A stretch of 62,551 nt of DNA, the filler included. It is 18 parts of 18 records of this genome, joined end to end, with 100 filler letters (N's around TTAATTAATTAA, not from the genome) between each part and the next. Parts side by side here need not be neighbours in the genome. Positions count along the whole stretch, not along the records: positions 21,804 to 28,869 come from SRR16133337_66021; positions 28,970 to 34,795 come from SRR16133337_66178; 16 more parts are not named here. One strand, written 5' to 3'. A program made the position numbers and the translations under genes. Positions 23,257 through 32,355 of the stretch are shown here, piece by piece (positions within the stretch are counted from its first letter, which is position 1; each line of letters opens with the position of its first letter). The notes beneath the pieces are model-generated. The model was not told the origin of the DNA. It worked only from the letters and a program-made list of their open reading frames with translations, and searched no databases.

Positions 23257-24591
23257 TTAGTTAGTAGTAGTAATAATAATACATTCATAAGTTATTAGGT
23301 CATAATCCTCACATTTTTCTCCTGTAGTATCGTCATAAACCCTCAAATTTCCTAAATCGGAAGCTATAGGGGGATTTTTAGCCAATAAAACGTTGATGGA
23401 AGTTGCAGATGCCACGGCAGCAGATTCATCTATCCTAAACCTCTCTAATGAAGTAAGATCATTTATGGTTATGGAATTCACCCCAGATTCATAGATATAT
23501 AGCCTCTTTAACCCAGAATTGGCATCAACTATTGGTTGTACTACTGCTTTAGTAATTTGGGGTGCTCCGTTGGTATAAAGAAATTCCAAATCTGTTTTAT
23601 CTCCAATTTCAATTGTTCTAATTTCTGTATTACCACCCACAATTAATCTTTTTAATCCGGTATTCTTTGAAACATCAATGGAAGGGAAACTATTGTTTTC
23701 AGCATCTATTTCTTCAACACTCACAAAAAACTCAATGCCTTTTACATTCAAAATTTTATCAAGATCTAATTCACCGTCAAGATTTAATTTACCTTTTTCC
23801 CCGTAATCTCTAACATCTTTTGAAAAAGCTTTTAACTGATTACTAGAATTAAGCATCTTCAATTTTCCTAGTTTGGTCCTAAAAGTGGCATCTGGAATCG
23901 TAGCAAATTGATTTTTGTTTACAGTTACTGTATACAATCTGGTTGTACTGCCCAGTGTAATTTCATACTGTACTGGTACAGTAAAGTCTTGTGGGGTCAC
24001 TCCAGAAGTTTGTGCTTCTCCGTCTACAGCCACAGTAACACCATCTGGCACATCAAATGTTGGTACAAGAGCCTGCAAATAGACATAAGCAGAAACATCC
24101 TCTGCACTAAAGGTCACGGCATTGTTGTCTAAGTCTATTGTAGCTATAAGGTCAGCAACATCCTCATCTGCTAGGGCCATATTTGGATTATCTACTTTCA
24201 GGAATTTAAAAGAAGCTAAGTCTGGGCCATCAGTATTGAGTGGGAACGGAGTTGCTTTCACTGTTGAAGCTTCGGAAGATTGGGTTCCATTTTTTGCTAC
24301 AATTGAAAAGGTATATTCCCGATCATTAATCAACTCTGAAACGGTGTGTGTGTTTATATCCTTGGAGACCGTAATCGGTGTATCTCCATCCGGGACATAA
24401 GTAATCTCATATTCAGAAATTGTTTCATCTTCATTGAGATCCCAACTTAACGCAACCTCACTATTTCTGGGAACAGCTGTAAAGTTTTCAACAGCTGAAG
24501 GAGAGGGAACAGGTACGGATACAATATTGTCGTCTGTACAGCTTATTATTGCCGCAATAAATAATAACGTTGTTAAAAGAATTTTCTTCAT
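23257..24591 (-). CDS. Surface lipoprotein with FN3, DUF5018-like Ig and leucine-rich-repeat regions
   Basis: Lipobox IISC, FN3 (VALSW...YEITY...L..DREYTFSIVA), QTSGVTPQDFTVPVQY, then IPDATFR...KGIEFF...IDVSKNT LRR. Confidence 0.8.
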   Translation of the reverse strand: MKKILLTTLLFIAAIISCTDDNIVSVPVPSPSAVENFTAVPRNSEVALSWDLNEDETISEYEITYVPDGDTPITVSKDINTHTVSELINDREYTFSIVAKNGTQSSEASTVKATPFPLNTDGPDLASFKFLKVDNPNMALADEDVADLIATIDLDNNAVTFSAEDVSAYVYLQALVPTFDVPDGVTVAVDGEAQTSGVTPQDFTVPVQYEITLGSTTRLYTVTVNKNQFATIPDATFRTKLGKLKMLNSSNQLKAFSKDVRDYGEKGKLNLDGELDLDKILNVKGIEFFVSVEEIDAENNSFPSIDVSKNTGLKRLIVGGNTEIRTIEIGDKTDLEFLYTNGAPQITKAVVQPIVDANSGLKRLYIYESGVNSITINDLTSLERFRIDESAAVASATSINVLLAKNPPIASDLGNLRVYDDTTGEKCEDYDLITYECIIITTTN

Positions 24592-24620
24592 TGTAATATT
24601 TTTTAAAGTTTAATTTTTGT

Positions 24621-27600
24621 TTAGAATTTTGCGCGTAGGCCCAACTGAAAAGTAGTACCAAAGAAAGAGACCAAATCCATATATTGCTCTTCCCAAATAT
24701 ATTCGTACCGCTTCGTATTAAAAGCGTTAAGAATATTCAAAGTAATACCAATGTTGTCGGTCAAATCATAGGAGGAGGATAGGTCAGTAATACCAACATC
24801 ATCCCTATATTTCAATCCATCCTCGGGATTTGGAATCTCTCTAAGGAACTTGCTTCGGAAGTTATAGGCCACCCGAAGGCTAAAATCATATTTCTCATAA
24901 TAACCTATAAGGTTAAAAGAGTGTTTGGAGTTGTTCGGGAGTGAATAGGTTTCACTACCTCCACCTTCAAGTTCCTCTTTAAAATCACTTTCTGAAAAAG
25001 TATAATTGGTCACGACACCCAGACCATCAAATGGACTTGGTAGAAAAGTAAAGGGTTGCTGATAGTTAATTTCAAAACCTCTAATAGTAGCATTGTTGCC
25101 ATTAACAGGTTGGCGCAATTCGTACTCTTCACCGTTGAATTGAATTAGTCGTGTTTGTCTGCTAATGAAAGACTCTATCTCTTTTACAAAAAATGCTCCC
25201 GACAATAGCACCTCTGGTGCAGGATACCATTCCAAAGAAATATCATATTGATTGGCTCTGAAAGGGTCTAATTCAGGGTTACTGGCAGTAATCCTCTGCA
25301 TGTCTTCATCTATTAGCCTGAAACTGGAGAGGTCTTGTAATTTTGGTCTTGTAATTACTCTGGCAAATCCAAAACGAGCCAATAGACCTCTTGAAAATTC
25401 ATATTTGAGGTTAACACTTGGAAGCAGGTCTGTGTAGTCTGATTTAACTTCTCTTACTTCAAAGATTTGTGTTTGCTCATCCAGTTCAAATCCCCTAGGA
25501 TTGATACGGGTATATACTAATCTAACCCCAACATTGGCTTCAAATCTTTTAAAGTTAAAATTCCCCATCACATAGGAGGCATTTATTTTTTCATTAATAT
25601 CGTAGATAGCATCTATAACCTTAAAGTCGGAAAGATCTAATTGGCTACCATATAGCTCATACGCTTTATCCCAATCGTGTACCAAAAATTCATTAAATCC
25701 TTTCGCTCTATCCACATTATCCAGAAAACCAGTCAATAATGCCGCAACAGGATAAAAAGGGTCATTGTAATCTTCTCTTCTAAAGAAATACTCTCTGGTT
25801 TTGGTTCGATCCCTATAGCTTGCCCCAAATTCAAGGCTAAATTTATCACTGAGTTTTTTATCAAAATCCAATTTTGTGGTAATGATTTCATCTGCATCAT
25901 CCCAAAGGTATCTTCTAGCTTGTTCCATTTTAAAATCTGCGGGATTAGAAAAATTGGTTGGGGTTTGAAGGTCAAAGAACTGTAGGTCATTCTGAACGCT
26001 GTAGGTGACGGTGTTGAAATTGTTTGCATAATATCTGAAACGTTCCGAATCACGTTTGTTGAATGCATAGACTACTTTGGCTACCATCTTCCAACCGTTG
26101 CCCATCTTCCATTTTCCTTTTAAACTAGAGTTGTAATTGTTTGTCTTGTTGGTTTGCCTTTGGTTTTCAAGTTTTGCTTCAACTTGTTCGTATGTTATGG
26201 ATTCTATAAAAGAACCGTTAGCCACAATTGATGTGGGAGTCTCTTCTGATAAAAACCAAATTGGGGTATATCTTGATTTTATTTGGTTATTATTTACAAA
26301 GAGTCCTTCAAAGACCAAATCAAATCTATCATTTACTTGATATTGAAGAGAAAGGTTCGCAGAGAAACGCTCAACTTGTTGGCCTTGACTTATATATCTA
26401 GGACGCGGTACTCTTACCAAAAACTCATCAGTACCGTCTTGGTCAAGATCATAGGGCTCCGGATAATATCTTGTTACATCATACCCTTCCGAGTTATTAT
26501 TAAATTTATTGAAGAATACTCCTGCAATTAGACCAAATTTATGATTCCATTTGTTCCCATAAACAAAAGAGAGTTTGGGAGTAATACTATTTCCTTCCTG
26601 TTGCTGTGTATTGTAGATGCCTTCAGCTGTGGCGAGTATTACCTTCTTTCTAAGTTCAAATGGTTTTTTGGTCACTAGGTTAACAGACCCACCAATACCA
26701 CCTTCGGTACTTTTGGCTGTGGGTGTTTTAGAAACTTCTACTTTGCTGAAAACTTCAGCGGGAAGGGTATTGAAATTATAGCTTCTCCCATCCGAATCGT
26801 TAGGTACTGCATCTCCATTAATTGTAACTTGTGTGTATTCGGAACCCAATCCCCTTATACTAACTTCATTTCCGACCCCTCCAGCATTGTCCCTTCTAAT
26901 CTGTATTCCTGAAACACGCTGTAAAGCCTCAGCCATGTTGGATTGTGGAAACTTGGCAATATCCTCTGCAACAATTGCATCCACAGCGTTGATATTGTCC
27001 TTTTTAATATTTATGGCTTTCTTTAAACTTTGACGAATCCCTCTTACAACTATTTCATTAATTTGAGTGACATCTTCAATTAACTGGATGTTAAATGTAG
27101 ATTTTTCATCAAGTTGAACTTCTATTGTTTTATACCCTAAATAAGAAATAACAATAACTTTAGCATCATTAGAAACCTTTAATGTAAAATCACCCTTAAA
27201 ATCTGTTGTGGTTCCAGTTGAATTCCCTTTGATAAGAATATTTGCACCAGGTAATGGCACGCCATTTTTATCTGTTACTTTTCCTGTTATTTCATTCTCT
27301 TGAATTTGTGATTCAATTAGTGGCTTTTCTTTTATTAGAATCGTGTTGTTTTCTGTTAACTCAAAATAGAGATCATTACTTGACAAACTTTGCTCTAATA
27401 ATTTAGATACACTAACCTTACCTTTTTTCAATTGTACTTTTGGTCCATTCTTAAATAAGCTCCTAGGATAGAAAAAATTAAAGTCAGTTTGTTTTTTTAT
27501 AATTTTAAATACCTGATCAACAGTAACTAATTGATCTTTTTCTATGATTATTTTTTCTTGGGAAAACGAATTATCTGTGGTAAGACAAAAAACAGTTGTA

Positions 27601-27686
27601 CACATTAAAAAGATAAACACTTTCATAATCAGTATTAGTAGCCGTTTTCGAACAAGGGAACGGAAATTAATTAATTTAATTTGCAT
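24621..27686 (-). CDS. TonB-dependent receptor/transducer with N-terminal signalling extension
   Basis: STN-like N-terminus, carboxypeptidase-regulatory-like domain (GKVTDKNGVPLPGANI), plug DAIVAEDIAKFP..NMAEALQRVSG, NPELDPFRANQYD, and C-terminal Phe. Confidence 0.93.
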   Translation of the reverse strand: MQIKLINFRSLVRKRLLILIMKVFIFLMCTTVFCLTTDNSFSQEKIIIEKDQLVTVDQVFKIIKKQTDFNFFYPRSLFKNGPKVQLKKGKVSVSKLLEQSLSSNDLYFELTENNTILIKEKPLIESQIQENEITGKVTDKNGVPLPGANILIKGNSTGTTTDFKGDFTLKVSNDAKVIVISYLGYKTIEVQLDEKSTFNIQLIEDVTQINEIVVRGIRQSLKKAINIKKDNINAVDAIVAEDIAKFPQSNMAEALQRVSGIQIRRDNAGGVGNEVSIRGLGSEYTQVTINGDAVPNDSDGRSYNFNTLPAEVFSKVEVSKTPTAKSTEGGIGGSVNLVTKKPFELRKKVILATAEGIYNTQQQEGNSITPKLSFVYGNKWNHKFGLIAGVFFNKFNNNSEGYDVTRYYPEPYDLDQDGTDEFLVRVPRPRYISQGQQVERFSANLSLQYQVNDRFDLVFEGLFVNNNQIKSRYTPIWFLSEETPTSIVANGSFIESITYEQVEAKLENQRQTNKTNNYNSSLKGKWKMGNGWKMVAKVVYAFNKRDSERFRYYANNFNTVTYSVQNDLQFFDLQTPTNFSNPADFKMEQARRYLWDDADEIITTKLDFDKKLSDKFSLEFGASYRDRTKTREYFFRREDYNDPFYPVAALLTGFLDNVDRAKGFNEFLVHDWDKAYELYGSQLDLSDFKVIDAIYDINEKINASYVMGNFNFKRFEANVGVRLVYTRINPRGFELDEQTQIFEVREVKSDYTDLLPSVNLKYEFSRGLLARFGFARVITRPKLQDLSSFRLIDEDMQRITASNPELDPFRANQYDISLEWYPAPEVLLSGAFFVKEIESFISRQTRLIQFNGEEYELRQPVNGNNATIRGFEINYQQPFTFLPSPFDGLGVVTNYTFSESDFKEELEGGGSETYSLPNNSKHSFNLIGYYEKYDFSLRVAYNFRSKFLREIPNPEDGLKYRDDVGITDLSSSYDLTDNIGITLNILNAFNTKRYEYIWEEQYMDLVSFFGTTFQLGLRAKF

Positions 27687-27735
27687 AAATTTGTGTTGTG
27701 TTAGTTTTACGTATTCGTTTAATTGATACAATATG

Positions 27736-27786
27736 AGGGACGAGGTCTGTGACACTGCGAAATGTTTATACTTCGTTCCCTTTTTT
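27736..27786 (-). promoter_or_regulatory. Imperfect hairpin between fecR and the receptor gene (possible attenuator or processing site)
   Basis: GGGAACGAAGT...ACCTCGTCCCT stem right after the fecR stop. Confidence 0.45.
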
Positions 27787-28869
27787 ATTCTAGTACTACT
27801 TTTTTATCTCCAATCTCAAAGTTTTTAATGATTCCGAAATTTTTAATTCCAGTAAGTATTTCCTCTAAATTTTGATTTTTTCTTAATATCCCTACAAATA
27901 CTTCATTTTCAATTGCTTTATTTTTAAATATTACCTCCATATCATACCAACGAGATAATACTTTCATCATTTCTTTAAGTGATTTTTCTTCGAGACTAAA
28001 AACCCCATCTTTCCATGATACTTCATTATAAACATCTACGCTTTTAAGTATTGAAGTATTGGTATTGATATCTAGATTTAGTTGTTGGCTTGGTATTAAG
28101 CGCTGTTTTACATTTTCAATAAGCACATCCACCTTACCTTCTACTAAAGTGGTATAAATATTAGTTTCATCTTTATAGGCTTTAATGTTAAATTCTGTAC
28201 CTATTACCTCTATTTCTTGAGATTGATTGAATACTTTAAATTTAGATCCTATATGTTCTGAGCTAGGTGATACATCAAAATAAGCTTCGCCGTAAACCAA
28301 CTCAACTTTACGAGTATCTCCTTCTCTAAAATTTACAGGATACTTTAATTGGGATTCTGAATTTAGCCAAACCTGAGTACCATCAGACAGCTTTATAAAA
28401 AACTGCCCTCCTCTTGGAATGGTTAGATAATTATATGCAATCTCTTTTGTATTTCTTTGACTAGCTTCATAAATAATCTCTTCGCCATTACTATTAGCGT
28501 TTTGTGTTTGGAAAGACTCCCCTTTTTCTAATACTATATAAGTACCATCTTCTAAGGTTAAGGTTGCTTTATCGATACCTGGTTCAATGTTGGTATTTGT
28601 GATAACTGGGGCTATGAATTGTACACTATTTTCTTTGTTAAGAAATATTGTTAATGCAACTAGAAGTAAAACAGATGCCGCAGCAACATATTTCAAATAA
28701 TGACTGAAAGGGTCTCTTTTTTTCTTCTGGTTTTTATTAATTTGAGATTCAATTCTTGACCATAAGTTTTTTTTGAACACTTCTTCTTTACCAATTTTTA
28801 GTTCTGGCCAGATATTATTTTTATCCTGATAGGAATCTAAAAATGTCTCTAATAATTGAATTTCTTCTA
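27785..28869 (-). CDS. FecR-family anti-sigma factor (5'-truncated)
   Basis: TM segment KYVAAASVLLL, LSDGTQVWLNSES, GEAYFDV, GTEFN and LSRWYD. Confidence 0.95.
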
Positions 28870-29029
28870 NNNNNNNNNNNNNNNNNNNNNNNNNNNNNNN
28901 NNNNNNNNNNNNNTTAATTAATTAANNNNNNNNNNNNNNNNNNNNNNNNNNNNNNNNNNNNNNNNNNNNGCCTACTGCTTATAGCCTATAGCTTAAAGCT
29001 AGAAACTTAAAAATAGCAAGCCTAAAACT

Positions 29030-29056
29030 TTCGGGCTTCTACCTAGACGGAATATA
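29030..29056 (-). repeat. 27-bp dispersed intergenic repeat, copy 1
   Basis: TATATTCCGTCTAGGTAGAAGCCCGAA. Confidence 0.8.
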
Positions 29057-29101
29057 GAAGAGATATTTAGTAAGATACAGAGACATAAGATTCCCGTTTT
29101 C

Positions 29102-30247
29102 TTAGTAAGCAACACGATCTGTAATTTTTAAACCATAACCTGTCATCCCTACACGTTTTATGATTACTTCAGAATTAGAAATTAATTTTAAATTGCAAAT
29201 ATCTAGATCGTGTAAAATTTGTGCTCCAATTCCAAAATCTTTTTCGTCCGTATTACTAGAACTTTGAAAAGAACCCGAAGCTCCTTTTTTCAGTTTTTGT
29301 AATCTATGAATTAAGTTAAAAGACTGTACCTCTTGATTGATAAATACAACGGCTCCTTTTCCTTCTGTTTCTATCAAGTTAAAGATGCTTTTTAATTTTT
29401 CGTCAATATTGTATTGTAAAGTTCCTAAAATATCATTTCCAAAAGAATTTGGAGTTACTTTTACTAAAACTTCTTCTTCTTTTTTCCAACTCCCTTTTGT
29501 TAAGGCAATATGAATTTGATTATTGGTTGTTTGGTTGTAAGCTCTCAATCTAAACTCTCCAAAACGAGTATTTACCTCAAAATCTTCTATTTTTTTAATT
29601 AAGGAATCATGTTGCATTCTGTAGGATACCAAATCTTCAATGGAAATTAATTTTAGATCAAATTTTTTTGCCACTTTTCTCAATTCAGGAAGGCGTGCCA
29701 TACGACCATCTTCTTTTAAGATTTCTACTAAAATTCCTGAAGGATTTAATCCTGCCAAACGAGCCAAATCAACTGCGGCTTCTGTATGTCCAGTACGTCT
29801 TAATACGCCCCCTTTTTTAGCTTTTAAAGGAAAAATATGCCCTGGTTTTCCTAAATCAATTGGGCGTGTTTCTTTTTGAGTCAAGGCAAAAATTGTCTTA
29901 GATCTATCTTGGGCAGAAATACCTGTGGTACAACCCTTATCAATTAAATCTACGGATACGGTAAATTGAGTGTTGTGTAAAACAGTATTGTTATTCACCA
30001 TCATAGGTAAGCCTAATTCTTCACAACGTTCTTCAAGAAGTGGTACACAAATAAGACCTCTTCCTTGTTTGGTCATAAAATTGATCAGTTCTGGAGTTGT
30101 TTTTTCCGCAGCCGCAATAAAATCTCCTTCATTTTCTCTGTCTTCATCATCTACAACAATGACGACTTTACCAGCCCTAATATCGGTGATGGCTTCTTGA
30201 ATCGTGTCTAATTTTGTCTCTTCTGTTTGTGTGGTGTTTTTTGTCAT
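29102..30247 (-). CDS. ribB: 3,4-dihydroxy-2-butanone-4-phosphate synthase fused to a degenerate GTP cyclohydrolase II domain
   Basis: DDEDRENEGD, GISAQDR and GHTEA motifs. The C-terminal domain lacks the RxHSEC/CDC zinc ligands. Confidence 0.95.
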   Translation of the reverse strand: MTKNTTQTEETKLDTIQEAITDIRAGKVVIVVDDEDRENEGDFIAAAEKTTPELINFMTKQGRGLICVPLLEERCEELGLPMMVNNNTVLHNTQFTVSVDLIDKGCTTGISAQDRSKTIFALTQKETRPIDLGKPGHIFPLKAKKGGVLRRTGHTEAAVDLARLAGLNPSGILVEILKEDGRMARLPELRKVAKKFDLKLISIEDLVSYRMQHDSLIKKIEDFEVNTRFGEFRLRAYNQTTNNQIHIALTKGSWKKEEEVLVKVTPNSFGNDILGTLQYNIDEKLKSIFNLIETEGKGAVVFINQEVQSFNLIHRLQKLKKGASGSFQSSSNTDEKDFGIGAQILHDLDICNLKLISNSEVIIKRVGMTGYGLKITDRVAY

Positions 30248-30250
30248 GAC

Positions 30251-31696
30251 CTATGCGGTTGTTCTTGTTTTTTTAAAACGTTTTAAAAAATGATGGATTG
30301 GAATCGTGTATTTATCAAAGTTTGTCAACCTATTTCCTTGGGTCGCTTTCCTCGTTAAAATAAAACCGAGAGGGAGTAAAATGAGTGTTGCCAACCATCC
30401 TCCAAAAATAGATGAAATTGAGCTTTCTTCAGCGATGTTTTTACCTAAAGAATTGATGAAAAAATAAATGAGAAAAATTAAAATAGCAAGTACCATTGGC
30501 ATTCCAAACCCTCCTTTTCTGATGAGCGATCCCAAAGGTGCTCCAATAAAGAAAAGAACTAAGCAGGATAAGGAAAAGGCAATTCGATAATGGTACTCAT
30601 AATCAAATAGATTTAAGATTTTTCGTTTGTTTTTATAACTTTCTTTGTAAACTTGGATTGTTTTTAAGGGTTTTTTTATACGAACCAACGCCGCTTGTGT
30701 CACTGAAATTTGTGATTTGAGGTCGAAATTTTCCAAAAGGTCTTTATTCAAATGATCTTGTAGCAAACTATCAGGCTTTTGATACAGTTCTTTTGCGTTA
30801 TTTCTGCTGTAAAAAGAAGCCGCTTTTGATTTTAAGTAGGTATCGTAATTAGATTTCAAACTGTCGGATTGTGTATGCAATTGATTTATATTCAGCATTA
30901 TATAATGCTTTTTGTATTTTTCTAAATCCAAGTTGTTATCTTTGAAGGACGAGATGTCAATATTTATTTTATAGGAGTCAAATTTGGCGGAAGAAGCAGG
31001 CATCTTATTTTTGTCTTTAGTTGCTTTTTTTGTGTATGTATGGTCTTTGTAATAATATCCATTTGACAAATTTAAGGTCATGTATTTACTTCCTTCTTGT
31101 GTTGTAATTTCACCATGTTTAGCCGTAATGCAAATATCATTTTTTTTACTTCCTCTTAAATCGTAAATTCGAACATTTTTCAACAGGTTTTCTTCGGGAC
31201 CATATTTTTTTTCAAAATAGATACTATAGCCTGGTATATCTGAGTTAAAACTTCCTTCAACGAAAGCCAAAGCAGGTTTTTGCTTTTTCATATTAAATAA
31301 TAAATTACGTTGTTTTAAGGAAGCATATGGGTAGATGTTGTTTAGGAATAGAAAGTTGACAGCACTTATCATTAAAGTTAGAAAGACGAGAGGGATGATA
31401 AGTCTCTTTAAAGAAATTCCAGCAGATTTCACGGCGGCCATTTCATAATTTTCGGAGAGGTTTCCTAAAGCCATTATTGAGGAAAGTAAAACGCCAATGG
31501 GAAGAGCCATTGGAGTTACTTGTAGAGAAGTGTATCCTAAGAATTTTAGGATATAAAGGAAATTAATTCCCTTTCCTGCAATATTATCAAAAGCAAACCA
31601 CAAGAATTGCATCACCAAGACAAACATCACGATAAAAAAAGTCGCAAAAAAAGGAATCAAAAAACTTTTTAAGATGTATTTGTCTAGAATTCTCAA
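30251..31696 (-). CDS. LptF/LptG-family LPS export permease
   Basis: ILDKYILK, ALPIGVLLS...GNLSENYE..A.KSAGISL and GAPLG...RKGG. Confidence 0.92.
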   Translation of the reverse strand: MRILDKYILKSFLIPFFATFFIVMFVLVMQFLWFAFDNIAGKGINFLYILKFLGYTSLQVTPMALPIGVLLSSIMALGNLSENYEMAAVKSAGISLKRLIIPLVFLTLMISAVNFLFLNNIYPYASLKQRNLLFNMKKQKPALAFVEGSFNSDIPGYSIYFEKKYGPEENLLKNVRIYDLRGSKKNDICITAKHGEITTQEGSKYMTLNLSNGYYYKDHTYTKKATKDKNKMPASSAKFDSYKINIDISSFKDNNLDLEKYKKHYIMLNINQLHTQSDSLKSNYDTYLKSKAASFYSRNNAKELYQKPDSLLQDHLNKDLLENFDLKSQISVTQAALVRIKKPLKTIQVYKESYKNKRKILNLFDYEYHYRIAFSLSCLVLFFIGAPLGSLIRKGGFGMPMVLAILIFLIYFFINSLGKNIAEESSISSIFGGWLATLILLPLGFILTRKATQGNRLTNFDKYTIPIHHFLKRFKKTRTTA

Positions 31697-31710
31697 ATGA
31701 TAAGAAAGAG

Positions 31711-32352
31711 TTATTTGTTAATGGTGTAGTTTTCTTTTATATATTTTGCTTCATCAAAAGTAAAAAGATTTTCTGAGAGAACTTGATTTGCTTTGAAATC
31801 TTCAATTTCAAAAAGGGTCTGTGTACTATTGTTACCTACTTCGGTTATGGAATATAACTGTTTTGTATACGTATCAATACCTAATAAAAAATGGGAAGAT
31901 TCTGATTTGCTATCGATAGGAATTAGTTTTATATATTGGATTTTTTTTCCATTGATGTTTTTCAGAGCATCCCAGAGATAAGTAAACCCTTCTTTGTAAA
32001 AATACAAAAGTTTAGAGGGAATAAAGAACTCTTCATCCGAATTTCCCTCTATAATATTTATTTCTTCATCTTCAGGAACAATGACATAGGTTTTTAAACC
32101 ATCATAAATAAATAGATTCCCCATAAAATTCAAGTGGTATTTTTCGTCTTGTGTTGTTACAAAACCCAAACTTTCTTGTTTCAAATCTACTTCTTTGTTT
32201 TCAAGGGTGTATTTGAATTTGAGATACATATTTTTATAAGCGGCCATCTTGGAAGAGACTTCCTTTAATAGGGTGTTTGCTTTTTCAGAATTTTGTGCAA
32301 AAGTATTGGTACTTATAAAGATTAAGAATAGGATAAAAATTATTTTTTTCAT
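31711..32352 (-). CDS. lolA: LolA-like outer-membrane lipoprotein carrier
   Basis: Signal peptide, YDG motif, C-terminal FTFD. Conserved ftsK-lolA synteny. Confidence 0.85.
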   Translation of the reverse strand: MKKIIFILFLIFISTNTFAQNSEKANTLLKEVSSKMAAYKNMYLKFKYTLENKEVDLKQESLGFVTTQDEKYHLNFMGNLFIYDGLKTYVIVPEDEEINIIEGNSDEEFFIPSKLLYFYKEGFTYLWDALKNINGKKIQYIKLIPIDSKSESSHFLLGIDTYTKQLYSITEVGNNSTQTLFEIEDFKANQVLSENLFTFDEAKYIKENYTINK

Positions 32353-32355
32353 GAT

